Shown: positions 25,184-39,104, counted from the stretch's first letter. The stretch: 64,000 nt of DNA from Vicugna vicugna (GCA_013265495.1 MU058065.1:5516302-5580301), one strand, 5' to 3'. The notes: generated from the letters alone by a model not told the origin. Translations and numbers: made by a program.

Positions 25184-28100
25184 CCTAAAGAGTAAAGACA
25201 CTTAATGCTGCCCTCTCTCCTGTATTTCAGCTTTTGCAAGGCAATTTCGGCATCACTGCAAAACTTCAGGGTCCTCTCCTCCGGCCTCTGCCAAGTTCAT
25301 CGGTCATCTTAACACACTTTCTTCCCCAGAGTCGCCACCCTGCCCCTGCCTGAGCACTGCTGAGCCAGGAAGCTCACTCTGACTCTGGGCAGCCTCTTCA
25401 GCTTTCAAAGGGCTCGGCTCTCCGGGTGACAGGTATGGATGCAGAGAGGATGCCGGACCCCTTTTCTTTCCCACACTGCTCGACCTTCCCTTAATCAGAC
25501 TCCCCAACCCTCTCTGCTATTTTCCCACAAAAAAAGTGGAGACGCCGACCGTTTTATAGGGGATGTGACTAGACCGGTGGGCACCTGTTTTTCTTTACAC
25601 TGTCTTAAAAGGGGGAAGCCTGGGGAGCTGATGCTTTCGCCAGACTGCAAAAGCCGTCAGAAGGCTAAGTGTAGGAATTTGCCTCTGGCTTGTGGATCAG
25701 TGGCACTGCGGATTTCAGTTTGGGGAATGGCCATGGACTATGCACTCCTATGGCTTTCGGAGAAGACCCCCAGAGCGAGCAGAAAATGCTCCTGCAATAC
25801 AAGCCTGCCCACAGCAACTGAGAATGACAGCGCCAGGAGTACAGCCAAGAGAAAAACGAAAACAGTTGGCCATGGAGACGCTCTGCAAGTCGAAAGCTGC
25901 CTTGATCAGACCCCTAAGGAGAAAAACAACAATGGCTGTGCCCATGCAGAGGGCCAAGGTACCCGTCGGTCACTCTGCCCCTTGATCCCCAGTGTGAGCC
26001 CCAGCCAGCTCTCCCAGCAGGCTGAGCTCACACCCCTCACCTGTCAGGACAGACCTACAGACCCCACACCCCCCAACAAACACAGCCCATGGTCAGAACA
26101 ATGGGGCTGCTTTCACGCAGCTTGAATGTGGGAGGTCATGGCTCTTGCAGAATTATCCGTTTGGGGGCCAAGGAGACCATTCGACTTTGCCATAAGTAAA
26201 ATCCTTGTACCTCCGAGCATCCACTTATGTCCATACTCTGGATCTCAGAAGCAAAAGATCTGAGCTGGCACAGGCCAAAAGGGAAAGAGACCCCTAGTGC
26301 AATTCCTCCCACCCCTTCTTTTCGTAGGTGAGGCCCAGAGAGGGGGTGCCCCGCCTGAGTCAGTAAGGGGCAGAACAGGACTAAGCTCGAGTCCTGGCCG
26401 GGTGGATTACCACCCCAGGTTGCATAACTCATCCACAAACACCCCTAACAGCTCTGTAAAGTCGTTCACATCTGTTAGTTCTTTAAGGATAAAGGCTGAG
26501 AATTAACCTTGTTCCCTATTCCCCAAAGTGTCCGACCCAGTGCAGAATGTGTGGTCAGAGCACAGTAAATTCTTTCCAAATGAGAGAATCCCTGAGCTGG
26601 GCCCAGAAAGGACATGAGGCAAGGATAAGGGTTCCCTCTGATGGGGGTGGGGGGAGTCCATGGGAGACTCCCAGAGTCAACCAGGACATGAAGGGTTGGG
26701 TGAGCTCCAAGTCCCCAGTGATGACGTAGTGCAGATGATGTCAATCTCATGTACACGTCATGTAGCCCCATGTCTCTCATGAGCTCGGCAGGTCTCGAGA
26801 GCCAGGCTAAGGTCCCCTGCCATCTCACAACTTCATGGCTTACGATACCCAGACCTCCCTGTCCATGCACATCCTCTCCACACGGCCAACGCCCCAACTC
26901 AAGTGTGACAGTTGTCTCAACAAGTATCATCGCCCCTGCTCCACTTAACGCATGAAACAAGGCAGGATTCCTCATCTCTCCCTAACAATGCCCCTTCCTC
27001 TTTCCAGCTTCCCAAGTATTGCTGGAGCCCCTTTGATCATGAAATGATATGCAGTTGTGTTTGTTGGTGGCATTAAAGAAGCAGTAAGTTGGTTTATACA
27101 TACTTGTCCAGATAGCCACATTCTGTTGACTGCTCTGATGTGGAAACACCTTTCTCAGCAATAATAGATTCCTCAAAGGATCAGCCAGAAAATAGCCAGC
27201 CTGGTGGCTCACATGGTCCCAGCACAGAGGCAAATCCGTGAGTCTAATTCTTTGGGAAGCTGGGTTTTAACAAGACAGATTTTCCATTTCATCATTATTT
27301 ATTCCAAAACATATCTCCACTATACTGATCTCATTCCTCTCCAAAGGTCTATGAACCTCACTGGACAGATTTGTTGTTTCCTTTCGCCTGTCCACCTGGC
27401 AGCCTCTCAGCACCCTACCCTAATCTGTCTTTAACGCTCTCCCCGGTCCCTATAAATGGGTGGAACCTTTTTACTATCAAAATCCACCGCCCCATGGTCA
27501 AGATCAAGGACCACACGTGACAATCGCATTTGGCTGATTTCATTTGTTTGGCTTGTTTTGGAGAAAAAAGAAAATTTTCAGTTTGCTCGGTTTTTCCATT
27601 CAGAACAGGGAACGTGAAACTTTATTTTCAGTAAATCGAGCCCACCTCAGGCCAGCTTGTAAGATATGGGGACATCCGTCTTGTGTTCTAATTTGACTTT
27701 ATTTTCTCTATTTCAATTTCCTCGGCTACTTATCCTGTGGCAGGTACCTGGGGAAACTATCTCAAATCATTTCTTTTAAGTCAGGCTGTAAAAAAAAAAA
27801 ATCCATAAATAAATTTGATTCATGTCACCAATAATAAGAAAATACTGTATTTTTATAATATATGTATACATAGGGCCAGTGAAAGGAGAGGAGGGAAGAT
27901 GGAAAAATAAAGAATGAGTCAGTGAGCAAAGGGGGAGGGAAAGCAGGAGAGAAAGACTGGGATGGTGGGAACCAGGGCTTACTAGCCGAGCCTCCCTGGT
28001 AGCAGCACGAGAATCCACACGCACAGGCACTCACTCCCATCACCATCTGCTTCTCTGGACTGAACAGTGAGAATTGCTACTTTTCCGTGAAGGCCTGCTC

Positions 28101-28219
28101 TGTGGCAGGTGCCCTGCATGTGTTATTTACAGTCTGCACAACAGCTCCAGGAAGCAGGAACTTTACCCTTGAAGAACTTGAGCTCAGAGAAGTAACTGAG
28201 ATTACATTGCTAAGGGTGG

Positions 28220-28665
28220 ACTGTCATGGTCGTGAGCTGTTTTTGTCTGCTCAGCATCCACCCCCTCTTCTTTGGTGACCAAGTCTCACTTTGCTTCTGG
28301 GAAAACCCGCTCCTGGCTGTCAGTGTACTCTTCCTCAGGCCACCCGGGCTGGCTCAGGGGCAAACACCTGATCTCATCCAGGGCAAGGAGATTCAACCCC
28401 GCGAATTCAGTTCAAAACAGTCAGAGAGAGGATTTCTTTCTACTGGTGTAGCAAATGAACTAACATCAAAAGAGGAGGAGCTACGGGTGGGGGAACAAAG
28501 AAAGAGACTAATTAAGAGGCAAGTCCCTTGGGCTCTGGGAAGTGGCTGAGGTTGCACGTCCAGCTTGGAAAGCTGGTAAGTCCCACGGCCGCCACCACCA
28601 TTTTTAACTTTTTTCAAGCCAGTGTGAATTCCATCACTTGCAACCCAAGGAGTCCTGGCTACCAT
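28220..28665 (+). mobile_element. Old MaLR LTR (MLT1-type)
   Basis: 3' end ttcaagccagtgtgaattccatcacttgcaacccaaggagtcctg. Confidence 0.5.
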
Positions 28666-29167
28666 TGCCTGTATGTGAGAGGCTGATTCAGACCAGGCCC
28701 ATCTGACTCCAAAGCATGTGCCCTGCTACCCACCACTTGGCTTCCCTAGAACATGGTGGGTCTGGGGAACCAGCCATCTTCACCTGGGAGATCCACGCTC
28801 CTGGCTGTTGCCTCCCCGCAACCCAACATCAGCCACTCTTCCCTGGAAAGTGCTGTCTCGGAGCAAAACAGAGAGTCACTAAGCAAGGGCCTGGCATGGC
28901 CAGACAGTGTAGTTAACACGGCTGTGGGAAATCTGAGCCACTGGAGCCTACACATAATTGTGCCCACTGATTGTAGCAGGAAAGGTCAGAATGCTAAAAA
29001 GATAATTTAGACAAATTGTCGAAAAGAAATTAAAACTGAGACAAGAGTTAGATCAAGCTCAGGGTTCAAGGCTCCCCATCCCTGGCATAGAGATTTATAA
29101 AGAGGGAAAAATCTAAGAGGATTCAACCTCAATTCGATGGCAGAGTTCAGGGGACACAAATCTAAAC

Positions 29168-29360
29168 CTAGAATTTTAGACATAGTGGGAGCTTATAAGT
29201 CATCTCACCCAGCGTGACCCAGAACCAGAATCCCTTCCTGATATCCTGAGTACTGACCATCCAGTGTTTCAGTTATCCCCGCAAAAGGAGAATCACTACC
29301 TAATGAAGACAGTTTATTCCATCACTGAACAGCTCTGCCTATTAGCAAAATCTTCCCCAG
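29168..29360 (-). mobile_element. L3/CR1 3' fragment
   Basis: tagaattttagac...gtcatct...gagaatcactacc...gaacagctctg...aaaatcttcc. Confidence 0.5.
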
Positions 29361-31539
29361 ATGATGAAAATAAAAATGACTAATGTGTGAGTGTTCCTTT
29401 TAAAGGAGAATTCTGTCTCAGCTCAGTTTCTAGGACAATGTGTAAAAAAAGGACAGAAACAGGAATGCCAAAATGGAACACGTGTATGAGAAGCTGGCAT
29501 AAAAGCCATAAAGGCAGAAGAAAGGGGAAGAGAAGGAAAATAGAGAATTCACAAAGGCGGGGTGATAGGGGAAGTTCTCGGTTCAGGAGTGAAGGCGAGA
29601 GATGCTGGTGGGGCAGGGAGTGGGAGACAGAGAGAATATAAGAGGCGGGGGAAAATTTACCACATCTTGCTATCCATTCAAAATATGTTTACTTCCCTTG
29701 ACCTTATTCCCAGAGTTACCAGTACAGTTTTAATTGTATTTAATTGCTTTTGCTTGCTGGACTGTATTCCTCAGAGTGCAATTCTCTACAAGGCCAGACC
29801 ACATGAAGTCCAGTTTGGGCCTGAATTACAACTACATTCATTTCAAGTCTATTTCCTTGTAAATCCCACCCAGGTCATAAGGGCAGAGAGGCAGGGATGA
29901 AGACATAGACCCGATTGTGGACCTGAGACATAGGATAAAGGCTTGATTATAAAAGAGATAAAAAAAATGAAGTTGCTAGAAGTAGAGCTTGTGGTCAGAA
30001 TGGGAGTAGTTGGAAGATTGGCCAATTTGATGGCAAATCACCTAAGCTAAGTACATTTCCTAAGGACACCCTCAGTCTCAGCCAACCACAGGCTGAGTCG
30101 AGTGTGGAGAGAGGCAAGCCATGGAGATGGGCACCCAAGCACGTTGTGACAGCAGGGGTCTGTCAAGGCCCCTCATTGCTGCCTCTTCAAAGCATAAAGG
30201 ACTGCAGGCCAATCAGCTCCCCAAGGAAAGAAATTTGACCAAAGGAAAATGGGAGAAAGGAGGAGGCTGGCCATTAAACTCCCCATCTTTGACCTCTTCT
30301 GTGGATAACGCTGAGGTGTGATTTCTCCTTAGGTGGGATTTCTCTTTGCAGTCCTTCCTAGAAAGTCCCACGTGCCAAGCAGACACCCGTGCGTGGCCAG
30401 CTGTTCCTGAGCTTCCCTGGGAAGGGATGACCAGTGTAATCACACACTGCATCCCAGTGTTTCAAATCTTTCCGTGTCTCACGTCCTCTTTCTCCTCAGC
30501 GTCACTGCCCTAAGCTTGCTCGCCCACGTAAAATGTCAACACTTCAAACCCTGCCTTAAGTTCTCCTTTCTAGAAAACTCTAGAGAACTCCAGGCTAAGA
30601 CAGCCATTATCTGGACTCCCAGCTCTAATGCTTTTTCCACCTAACACCAAATGTTCCCTTTTCTCCCCTCGAAAAAATATTTGTGAACGCACTTGGTTCT
30701 CCCTGACCCTGAAGCCCAGTTCTTTAGCTGAGCTCACGCCTGCCTCCCAGGAGAGCTGGAATCATTCCTCTTGGGGTCTCAGCCTCTTCCTACAGAAGTC
30801 ACATTATGAAATCTTAAGTGGAAGTTGTGAAGTCTTCTTTCCTGACTTGTCTGACATTATGATTCCCTGTTCCCAAACTCCACACATGTTCACAAAAAGA
30901 TACCCAACTTCAGGCCCTACCCATCCCCTCTCTCCTTTATCTTTACTCCCCACCTTCTCCTTCACTTGTCACAATCACTCCTGCTCACTCCCTTATTCAA
31001 GTCATTTCCCCATCACACACTCTCTTAATGCCATTTACCTTTTCCTAAGCTTGCTAAGCCCCTCTTCCCAGCTTTTCACACATCTCTGGAAATTCCACCT
31101 TTCTAAAACGTATTCCCTAAAAGGCACAGTCAGTGTCTGGTCACGTCCGACACTCCAGTTCAGAGGTAATAGAGTATAACGTTCCCAACACCACATCTGC
31201 ACGAGTAAGTCATACCTGGTAGGCCCGGTGCACCCACCGCCCCCCAGACACACCTGGTTAGAGCGCTGATCACTGAGAACTGTAACTGTTTGCACATCTG
31301 TCTTCCCAAGGAAGCTATGCACAGCTTGAGTATAAGGAGCACGACTTGTGTTTTTGTATTTCCAATATCCGACACGTCAGAACACTTAATGATTGTTGAG
31401 TAAATGAATAGATAAACAGAAACATGTACTTATATGGATCAACTGCTGTTGTATAAAGTTCCAAAAAATCCATTTGGCTTGGTTGGTCCTCCGGAGTAGT
31501 TTCCTATCAAATACTGCTTGAAATATGTAAGATACCAGT

Positions 31540-32280
31540 TAGGAAAGAAAAAATATTACAACCCAATAGAAAAATGGGAAAGGATAGTTCGAGGCAATGC
31601 ATCAAAATGTAAACATAAGGAGCCATAAGCTTGAAAAGATGCTCAACCTCACTAGTAACCACAGAAGTGTAAATTAAAATAATAAACATCGTTGAGAGGT
31701 ATAAATTCGTGTAGACTTCTGAAAGGGCAGTTGGGTAGTATTTATCAATCCTTATGTGTTTTGATAAGGCAATTCTAATTCTCAGGATCTATCCTGCTGA
31801 AAGGCCAGTAAGGTATAATACGTACAAGGGCGATTATTACAGCACTACTTGTGATCATGAAAAACACAGAATATCTTAAATGTTAGTTAAACAGAGGAAC
31901 AGTTCATGAATTATGGATATTTTTGTTATAAAATATTAAATGAGTTTTAAAGGATCAGGTAGAGCTGTATATTCATAGAAAGGCTGCTAAGACATGTTGT
32001 TAAGACAAAGAGAGAAGAGAGTCGCAGAACAGTGTATATGGTATGAGATCATTTACATGAAAAAAGAAATGATCTACACGCGTATATACACGTAAATGCA
32101 GAGCAACAGGAAGGACCCAAGTGCTGAGAGTAGTTTTTGGGGAAGAAAGGAAGGGAAACAGAGCCACAGGGGGAGATGGCTGAATGGGAACTCTTACTTT
32201 TAATTCCATATGCCTCCCTGTTGTTTCAATTGTTTATATCATGCATATGATCACATACTACTTTGCAAGTTAAAAAGATG
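31540..32280 (+). mobile_element. Ancient L1 (L1ME-type) 3' region
   Basis: acccaatagaaaaatgggaaaggat, gaaaagatgctcaacctcactagtaa, gcaattctaattctcaggatctatcct. Confidence 0.7.
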
Positions 32281-32384
32281 ACTGACATATTATGCAGACA
32301 TCACCCATGTCAAAGCTCAGGACGGCTGAACACAAGTGCTGCAACTCTAGCGCTGTCTGCCTGTCTGCTCTGGGAGTCTGTGAA

Positions 32385-32760
32385 TTGGTTTCCCAAGGGT
32401 TCCACAGGTGCAGCCAAATGTGGCAGAAGCCACTCTTAAGCCCACTGCCCACTAACTTGTACTTCAAGGAGCTCGTGTTCATGCAGTCCTCATACCAAAG
32501 CGTCCTTGTTTAACTAAACATCTTCTGAGACTGCAAGATACACGATCAAAAAGAATTACCATTTGCAACTGCTTATGCATATGAAACAGGGCTTTCTCCT
32601 TGATGTACATCCAAAATAATATGCAGAATTAAATTTGATACTTAAGCCTGGATGGCAAATGTTACCCGTAACCCTGATTTCAAATGTTTATATTCATCAG
32701 AGTAGCTCCATTGTTCTCTATAGCTGAGTAAATTCATGCTAATAAAATATTATTTATTTT
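32385..32760 (+). mobile_element. hAT-Charlie DNA transposon remnant
   Basis: 32556-32597 translates LPFATAYAYETGLS, resembling the hAT dimerisation motif LPFxxTYLCExGFS. Confidence 0.5.
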
Positions 32761-32885
32761 AAGTTGAAGTCCAAATACAATTTTTGTTTTTCAGATGTCC
32801 AGAAGAAAAATAGAAAGGTTTGAAAGCCTCAGCTCTAATCCAACCTGCTCAAGTTTCAGATAAGGAAATTGAGCAAAAGTAAAGG

Positions 32886-33833
32886 GAGACCTAAGAAAGC
32901 AATTCTCCAATGAAGACATACAAATGGCCAACAGGCACATGAAAAAATGCTCAATATCGCTAATAATCAGATAAATGCAAATCAAAACTACAATGAAGTA
33001 TCACCTCACACCAGCCAGGATGGCCATCAGTAAAAAGTCCACAAACGATAAATGCTAGAAAGGCTATGGAGAAAAAGGAACACTCCTACACTGTTTGTGG
33101 GAATGTAGTTTGGTGCAGCCCTTATGGAAAACAATATGGAGATTCCTCAAAAAACTAAAAATAGACTTACCATGTGATCCAGCAATCTCACTCCTGAGCA
33201 TATATCCGGAGGAAACTCTAATTTAAAAAGAAAGATACATGCATCCCAATGTTCATAGCAGCACTATTTACAATAGCCAAGACATAGAAGCAACCTAAAT
33301 GTCCACTGACAGATGATTGGATAAAGAAGATGCAGAATACTACTCAGCGATAAAAACGAATAAAATAATGCCATTTGCAGCAACATGGATGGACCTGGAG
33401 ATCATCATTCTAAGTGAAGTAAGCCAGAAAAAGAAAGAAAGATACTGTATGATATTGCTTATATATGTAATCTAAAAAGAAGAAGATACAAATGAACTTA
33501 TTTACAAAAGAAAAACAGACCCACAGACATAGAAAACAAACCTATGGTTACCAGTGGGTAATAGGGATGGGGAGTGATAAATTGGGAGTTCTAGATTTGC
33601 AGATACTAACCACTAAATACAAAATAGATAAGCAAGTTTCTTCTGTATAGCACAGGGAACTATATTCAATACCTTATAGTAACCTATAATGAAAAATAAT
33701 ATGAAAAGGAATATATGTATGTATATGTATAACTGAAATATTATGCTGTACACAAGAAACTGACACAACATTGTAAACTGGCTATATTTCAACTAAAAAT
33801 AAATTAAAAGTAAAAAATACATTAAAAAAAAAA
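32886..33833 (+). mobile_element. Young 5'-truncated L1 (ORF2 C-terminus plus 3' UTR and polyA) inserted in a MIR remnant
   Basis: Starts at ORF2 [22 protein letters not shown], cetartiodactyl-type 3' UTR, polyA; MIR-like flanks cagataaggaaattgag / gtgactgtcaagatcccacag. Confidence 0.92.
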
Positions 33834-34954
33834 GCAATAAAGGGGAGTGACTGTCAAGATCCCACAGTTCAAGGGTCAGAGCCAAGCCACCCAGCCAGCC
33901 CCAAGCCAGAGCTCAGGCAGTACAAGTGTAATCATGACCTTCCTACACCCCTGTACATGCCAAGTTCTTTTCATATCTTATCTAATTTGAACTCACAGCC
34001 ATCCAGTGGACTGGGGGTTGTGAGTTTGTCAGTGAGATAAATGAGGCTCTGACATATCAAATAACTTTTTCTAAATCACACAGTTAATAGACGGAGTAGC
34101 TCAGCTTCCAAAGAGAGACCTCTTCCCACAACATCAGTGGGTCAGATCACTACAGGGCCTGGGGAGGTGGGGTGGCTTGTCTCTAGTCCAGATTATAAAT
34201 CCCTTGATGGCAGATACTACCTCTAATATTGTCACTTCCACAGAGCTGCTAATAGAATGCAGGGTCACATGACAAGAGGCTCACTAATCAGCTCTCCAAT
34301 CCAGAAAGATCTACTCACCACCTGCCTTGTGTCTAGCCTGTACTCAGGGCAATGGGCATATTTAAAAAGAAGATACTACCATCATTATAAAGTACTCTTT
34401 ATAAATACCTGTGTACTTGAGTGCTGTGCAAAATAGGGTTCCTGGCTGCATAAAATACAAACTAATTTAGTTTAATTTAAATAGAATTCACTGGAAAAAG
34501 ATCAGATTGTAGGAATTACTATGAAGACAAGAGAGGGCACTCTGAAAACAGAGAGAAACCAATGGGGGCCAAGCAGGCAGAATAACATCCAAAATCGTGC
34601 CATGGCAAAAATCAGGCTACAGACACCACACACTCCCCAAAGGTGACCAACTCATCCTTCACTGTGGCCCCCCAAACTGGCCAGTCCAAGGTACAGAAGA
34701 ATACTGCTTGCTCTCATTGTCCCCAACAAAAGATACTGTTTGCTGCTGCTGTTGCTGAAGAAATTAATTCTAAACTGGGCTATGCTTGATTATGACTGTC
34801 TTCAGACCCAAGGTGTAGGTTGCAAGTCCAGACATAGCACCTGCCTGGCTCAGGGGAGGTCACATGCCTAAGCACAAACTGCCAGGAATCTGGGAGAAGA
34901 AAAGTCTACTCTTCTCTGGTTTCCACTGTGGGAAGCAGGATTTTCCTCCCTTTG

Positions 34955-35440
34955 TGTATTAGTCAACTATTGCTGTGTAACAAGTAATCCCGAAACTCAG
35001 CAACTTAAAACAATAAGCATGTATTATCTTACACGATTTCTGGGAGTCAGGACTCTGGAAGCAGCTGGGTGGCTCTGGCTCCATCTCCCATAGAGGAGCA
35101 GAGAAGATGCTGGCCAGAAAGCTTGACAGAAGCTGAAGGATGTACTTCCAAGACAGCTTACTCACATGGCCAGCTAGATACTGGCAGGGGGCTTCACCAC
35201 ATAGGCGTCCTTCAAGCTGCTTGAGTGAGCTCATAATAAGGCAGCTGGCTCCCCCCAGAGCAGGGGATTTAAAGGAGAGCAAAGCAGCAGCTGCAATGTG
35301 TTTTATGACCCAGCCTCATAATCACACACTATTGTTTCTGCATATTCTATCGGTCACACAGACCAACCCTAACACAATGTTGGAGGGGACTACAGAAGGA
35401 CATGAAGACAGACAACAGAGACCATGAGGCTGATAGCTAT
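34955..35440 (-). mobile_element. MaLR LTR (MLT1G/H-like)
   Basis: tgtattagtcaactattgctgtgtaacaagtaatcccgaaactcagcaacttaaaacaa; catattctatcggtcacacagaccaaccct. Confidence 0.8.
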
Positions 35441-35653
35441 ACTTGGGTATCTCCAAAACAAGGAAAGGTGTTAAGAGACTAGAAAGCTCCTAACAGTTAA
35501 TGGGCACTGCAAATACCACCTTGGCACAGAGCCTGCCTTCTAGGTAGTTGGCACTTTGATAAAAGAAAATACTAATAACATATGAAATAATGTTATCTCA
35601 GTTAAATATAAATGTGTCAAGTCATATCTGCTGTGAGTGACATCATTCACTAC

Positions 35654-35957
35654 TTTTTTTAATTAATAGACTTTATTTTTTAGAGCAGTTTCAGGTTTAC
35701 AGCAGAACTGAGCAGAAAATGGAGAGTTTGCACATAGCCCTTCCCACCCACACATATATACTCCCGTACCTCAACATCCCTCATCAGTGTGGCATATTTG
35801 GTACAACAGATGAACCAACATGGATACATTATTATTATCAACCAAAGTCCATAGTTTACATTAGGGTTCACTCTTGATGTTGTGCATTCTATGGGTTTTG
35901 ACAAATGACTAATGACATGCAGCCACCACTATAGTATCATACAGAATAATTTCATAC
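35654..35957 (-). mobile_element. L1MC1-like 3' end
   Basis: ttagagcagtttcaggtttacagcagaactgagcaga; aagtccatagtttacattagggttcactcttg. Confidence 0.85.
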
Positions 35958-36459
35958 GTTGAGTTTGATTATAGTAGGATGTTACTAAAGACAATTTCAC
36001 AGTTCTACTTAAACTTAGCCCTAGAAATAATCATTTGCACATAGAAAGCTGAGATTCAATAGGAAAATAAATGCCTCCATTTTGAATGTGTTCCTAGGTG
36101 TGCTCTGTTCCCCTGGCAGCAATAATCCCAGCTATGGGGGGTAACTCGTGACCTGCTGAGGGGCACCAAATCTTCAGAATCAAGCTCATTAGAGTTTTGC
36201 TTTCATGATGGACTTTTCTATATCTGGTTGCAAACTGAAGGAAGCAAATATCTTGAAGACTGGCCCAAGGCACAGAAGCATAAAGTATGTGCTCCTTCCT
36301 TTTTTCACATCACTTTTTCCTTAGTCATGCAAACACCCGGCCATCCTCTCCTGGACTTGACCACTTAGCTCCACTTCTATTTGTTCTATTTCTCCCCTCC
36401 AGTCTCCAGTTTCCATCTCAATACTTTCTTCTTATCCCTTTATTCAAGATGAGATTGTC

Positions 36460-36536
36460 AAAGTACTATGCTGTACGCCAGAAATTGATACAACACTGTA
36501 ATCTGACTATACTTCAATAAAAATATTAAAAAAAAA
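36460..36536 (+). mobile_element. Minimal L1 3' terminus (~77 nt incl. polyA) with 14-bp TSD
   Basis: tgctgtacgccagaaattgatacaacactgtaa...cttcaataaaa+An; TSD AAGATGAGATTGTC (36446-36459) / AAGGTGAGATTGTC (36537-36550). Confidence 0.85.
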
Positions 36537-38029
36537 AAGGTGAGATTGTCTCTCTGTATTCCCAGAGAAGAAAACAAACAGAGGAGTGGAGTGGACACTT
36601 CTTAACTGTTTTGTTTTCCCATTCTAGACAACTAAGGTCACTGTCATAATTCTGAGCCAAGTGCCAAAGAGGGAATGGAGTCAGTCTGAAAAACTGGGGC
36701 ATCTGGGGTCCCTGGTGAACTAGAGTTCACAACATTTCCAGCCTACCCCAAGCAAGAAACAAAACGTGTCTTTAGGTTTCTCAGCAAACGAATGCACATG
36801 TGACAAGAGCTGTAATCAATAAGTAACTTGATAAAGTGGATAAAAATTGACCCAGGAGAGGAGTGTAACATCCTATTAAGCAAATTCAGCCCAGACCACT
36901 TTCAATCAGCCACATCGAGCTGCAAAACTCAGAGACAAAAATCTCAGTGGGAGAAGCTAGATCAATATTTTAAGCCCAAATTCCTTAACTTCGCACTAAC
37001 AACAAACCAGAAGGAAAAAAAAGTCATGCCCTCTAAATTTAAAAACAGGAAGAAAAAAAGAAAAAGGCTGAGGAAAGCAGGGGAGGGGCGAGAAATATGT
37101 AGGTTGTAAGTTACACACAACTCCCAAGGAATAAATCTGTCTTTCCTGAACTAGACAAATGCTTAAATCCACCAGCCCGGCCGCAAATGATCCTTCATGA
37201 ATACTGAAAGAGCAGAAGAAAATATTCAAGTCACAAATTTACCTGATTGAAAGTCAGGAACTAAGTGGAGCCTGCAAAAGTTTGATTTCTTTTTCATTAA
37301 TATTGGGGGAGGAAAGGAAATACTCCCAGATGCCGGCTCAGAGGCAAGGGAGGCACCGCAGGCTGCGACTTTTTTTTTTTTCAAATTGCATGAATACCGT
37401 CATATAAATATTTTCATTTGTGAGGGAAGTGTGATTTTGTGGAAGAGAGTTCTCATGAATAAGTACCAAGCATCCAAAGCAGACCTCCATTGGAATTCCA
37501 GAAGCATCTCTGCCGCCCCACCTGAGCACCAGTCTCTTCTTACCTAGTCACAATAGCCAATCAAGAAAGCAATTCTCCAAATTATAGTCTGCTGGGAGAC
37601 AATATCAAAGGGCTGAGTTCTGCAGCGCTTCGACTGGATTCTAACTTATGGGGGCCATCAAATGTCTACTCATATAAGGTCCAAACAAAGAGATGAAAAG
37701 AGAGACAATGCCAGGATGATAGGCAGGGTAAATTATTTGACAGCCATTTCTCCTCCACCTTGGCCCCAGTGGAAAAGAAATTACCTAATCGAAACTGCCT
37801 CCCATAGCTCTATTTGCGACTCAATTTCCTGTGGATTTATGAGCACCCACTATGTGTTAAGCACATTTTCCCCCTATAGACCCTAGGGGTAACCCCCGGT
37901 AATCCCCTTGCAGGTGGGGAGTGAAGAGCCAGCCCGCAAGGAGAGTTGGTTGTTCTTGCCGTATGTGCCTGGAAATGTGGCTGAGTAGAAACATGGAAAC
38001 AGCAAGGGTTTACAGCCACAGAAATGAGA

Positions 38030-38200
38030 GTCGCAGTCCTGGCTTTGAGAAAGGACTGTAATTTATCTGAGCCTCAGTTTCCCCATCTGTAAAATGGGGA
38101 AAGCATTACCTATACCATACAGTTTCTTGTAAGATTAAACGAAGTAACAAAGAAACTGCTATCAAAGTGCCTGAAACCAGGTAGGTATTGATCAGTGTCG
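38030..38200 (+). mobile_element. MIR SINE
   Basis: tctgagcctcagtttccccatctgtaaaatgggga core. Confidence 0.85.
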
Positions 38201-39104
38201 GCTACTCCCTGTTCCCTTCACCAAGAAAGTCTTTGGCAGGGGCTCGAAGCCGGCACAGAGCAAACATGAACTCTCTCCTCCACCTCCTTGTTTCTGGTAG
38301 GAGGGCACCTGGACACAGCAAGGAAGATAAGCTCCCCAGCCCATTCTGGCCATGTCAGCTTACCTGCTCACCGTTCCAGGGCTGGGGAGAAAAAGAATCA
38401 CCTGGGAGCGGAGAAAAACTGGATCCAACACTGAGAAAGATGATTGAGGCATTTCAAAAACTGAAGCAGTAATGTGAACAGACATTGCAAAGCCATTCCT
38501 CCTCCCTGATAACTGAACTAGGTGGCCTGCTGATCCTCTGAGGTGGGGAGGGTCTCTAGAAAGACCCCCTCGCTCACCTAGACTCACCAAGCAAAGAACT
38601 AGTCTTGACACTTGGGTGGAGACAAAGGCAATCAAGACATGGTCCTGGCCCCCACGGAGCCTACAACTAAGTGAAGGAGAGGAGACAGAACTGGATGAAA
38701 AGTTCTATGTCAATCACAGCATCTGCCATGGCCACTTCCCACCTAGTGGGGGCACCCCCACCCAGCCCTGACCCTGCACACCTGGTACCACAGGATCCCT
38801 TCCACCCTTAGCCACGGGAAATGGAACTGAGAGTATTTGAAGAAATGAGCCAACTTAAAAGTCTGCCAGGCACAGATGATGTGGCCCAGATATAAGAGCA
38901 GACTCTGAGCCCATCTGATACTTGCTCAGAAATGGTAAATGACTAAGGCCCTCTGCAGTAGGAACTAAAGCTGGAAAGTTGTAACACAGAATAGCGCCAT
39001 GGTAGATCGTGTGCAAGCTAAAGTTGGGAGGCTGTCAAAAGGATGAGTAAGATGTAAAAAAGATGAGTAAGAAGGCTGGAAAAAAATTAGGCAGTGTAGG
39101 TTGT

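Noticed and set aside
25439..26125. 228-aa ATG-initiated ORF in apparently unique sequence
   Set aside because: No recognisable domain, weak Kozak context (T at -3, C at +4), and composition typical of random GC-moderate DNA. PhyloCSF or Ribo-seq support would be needed.
30628..31179. 183-aa ORF
   Set aside because: Pyrimidine-rich low-complexity sequence giving a Ser/Leu/Pro/Phe-biased peptide with no coding hallmarks.
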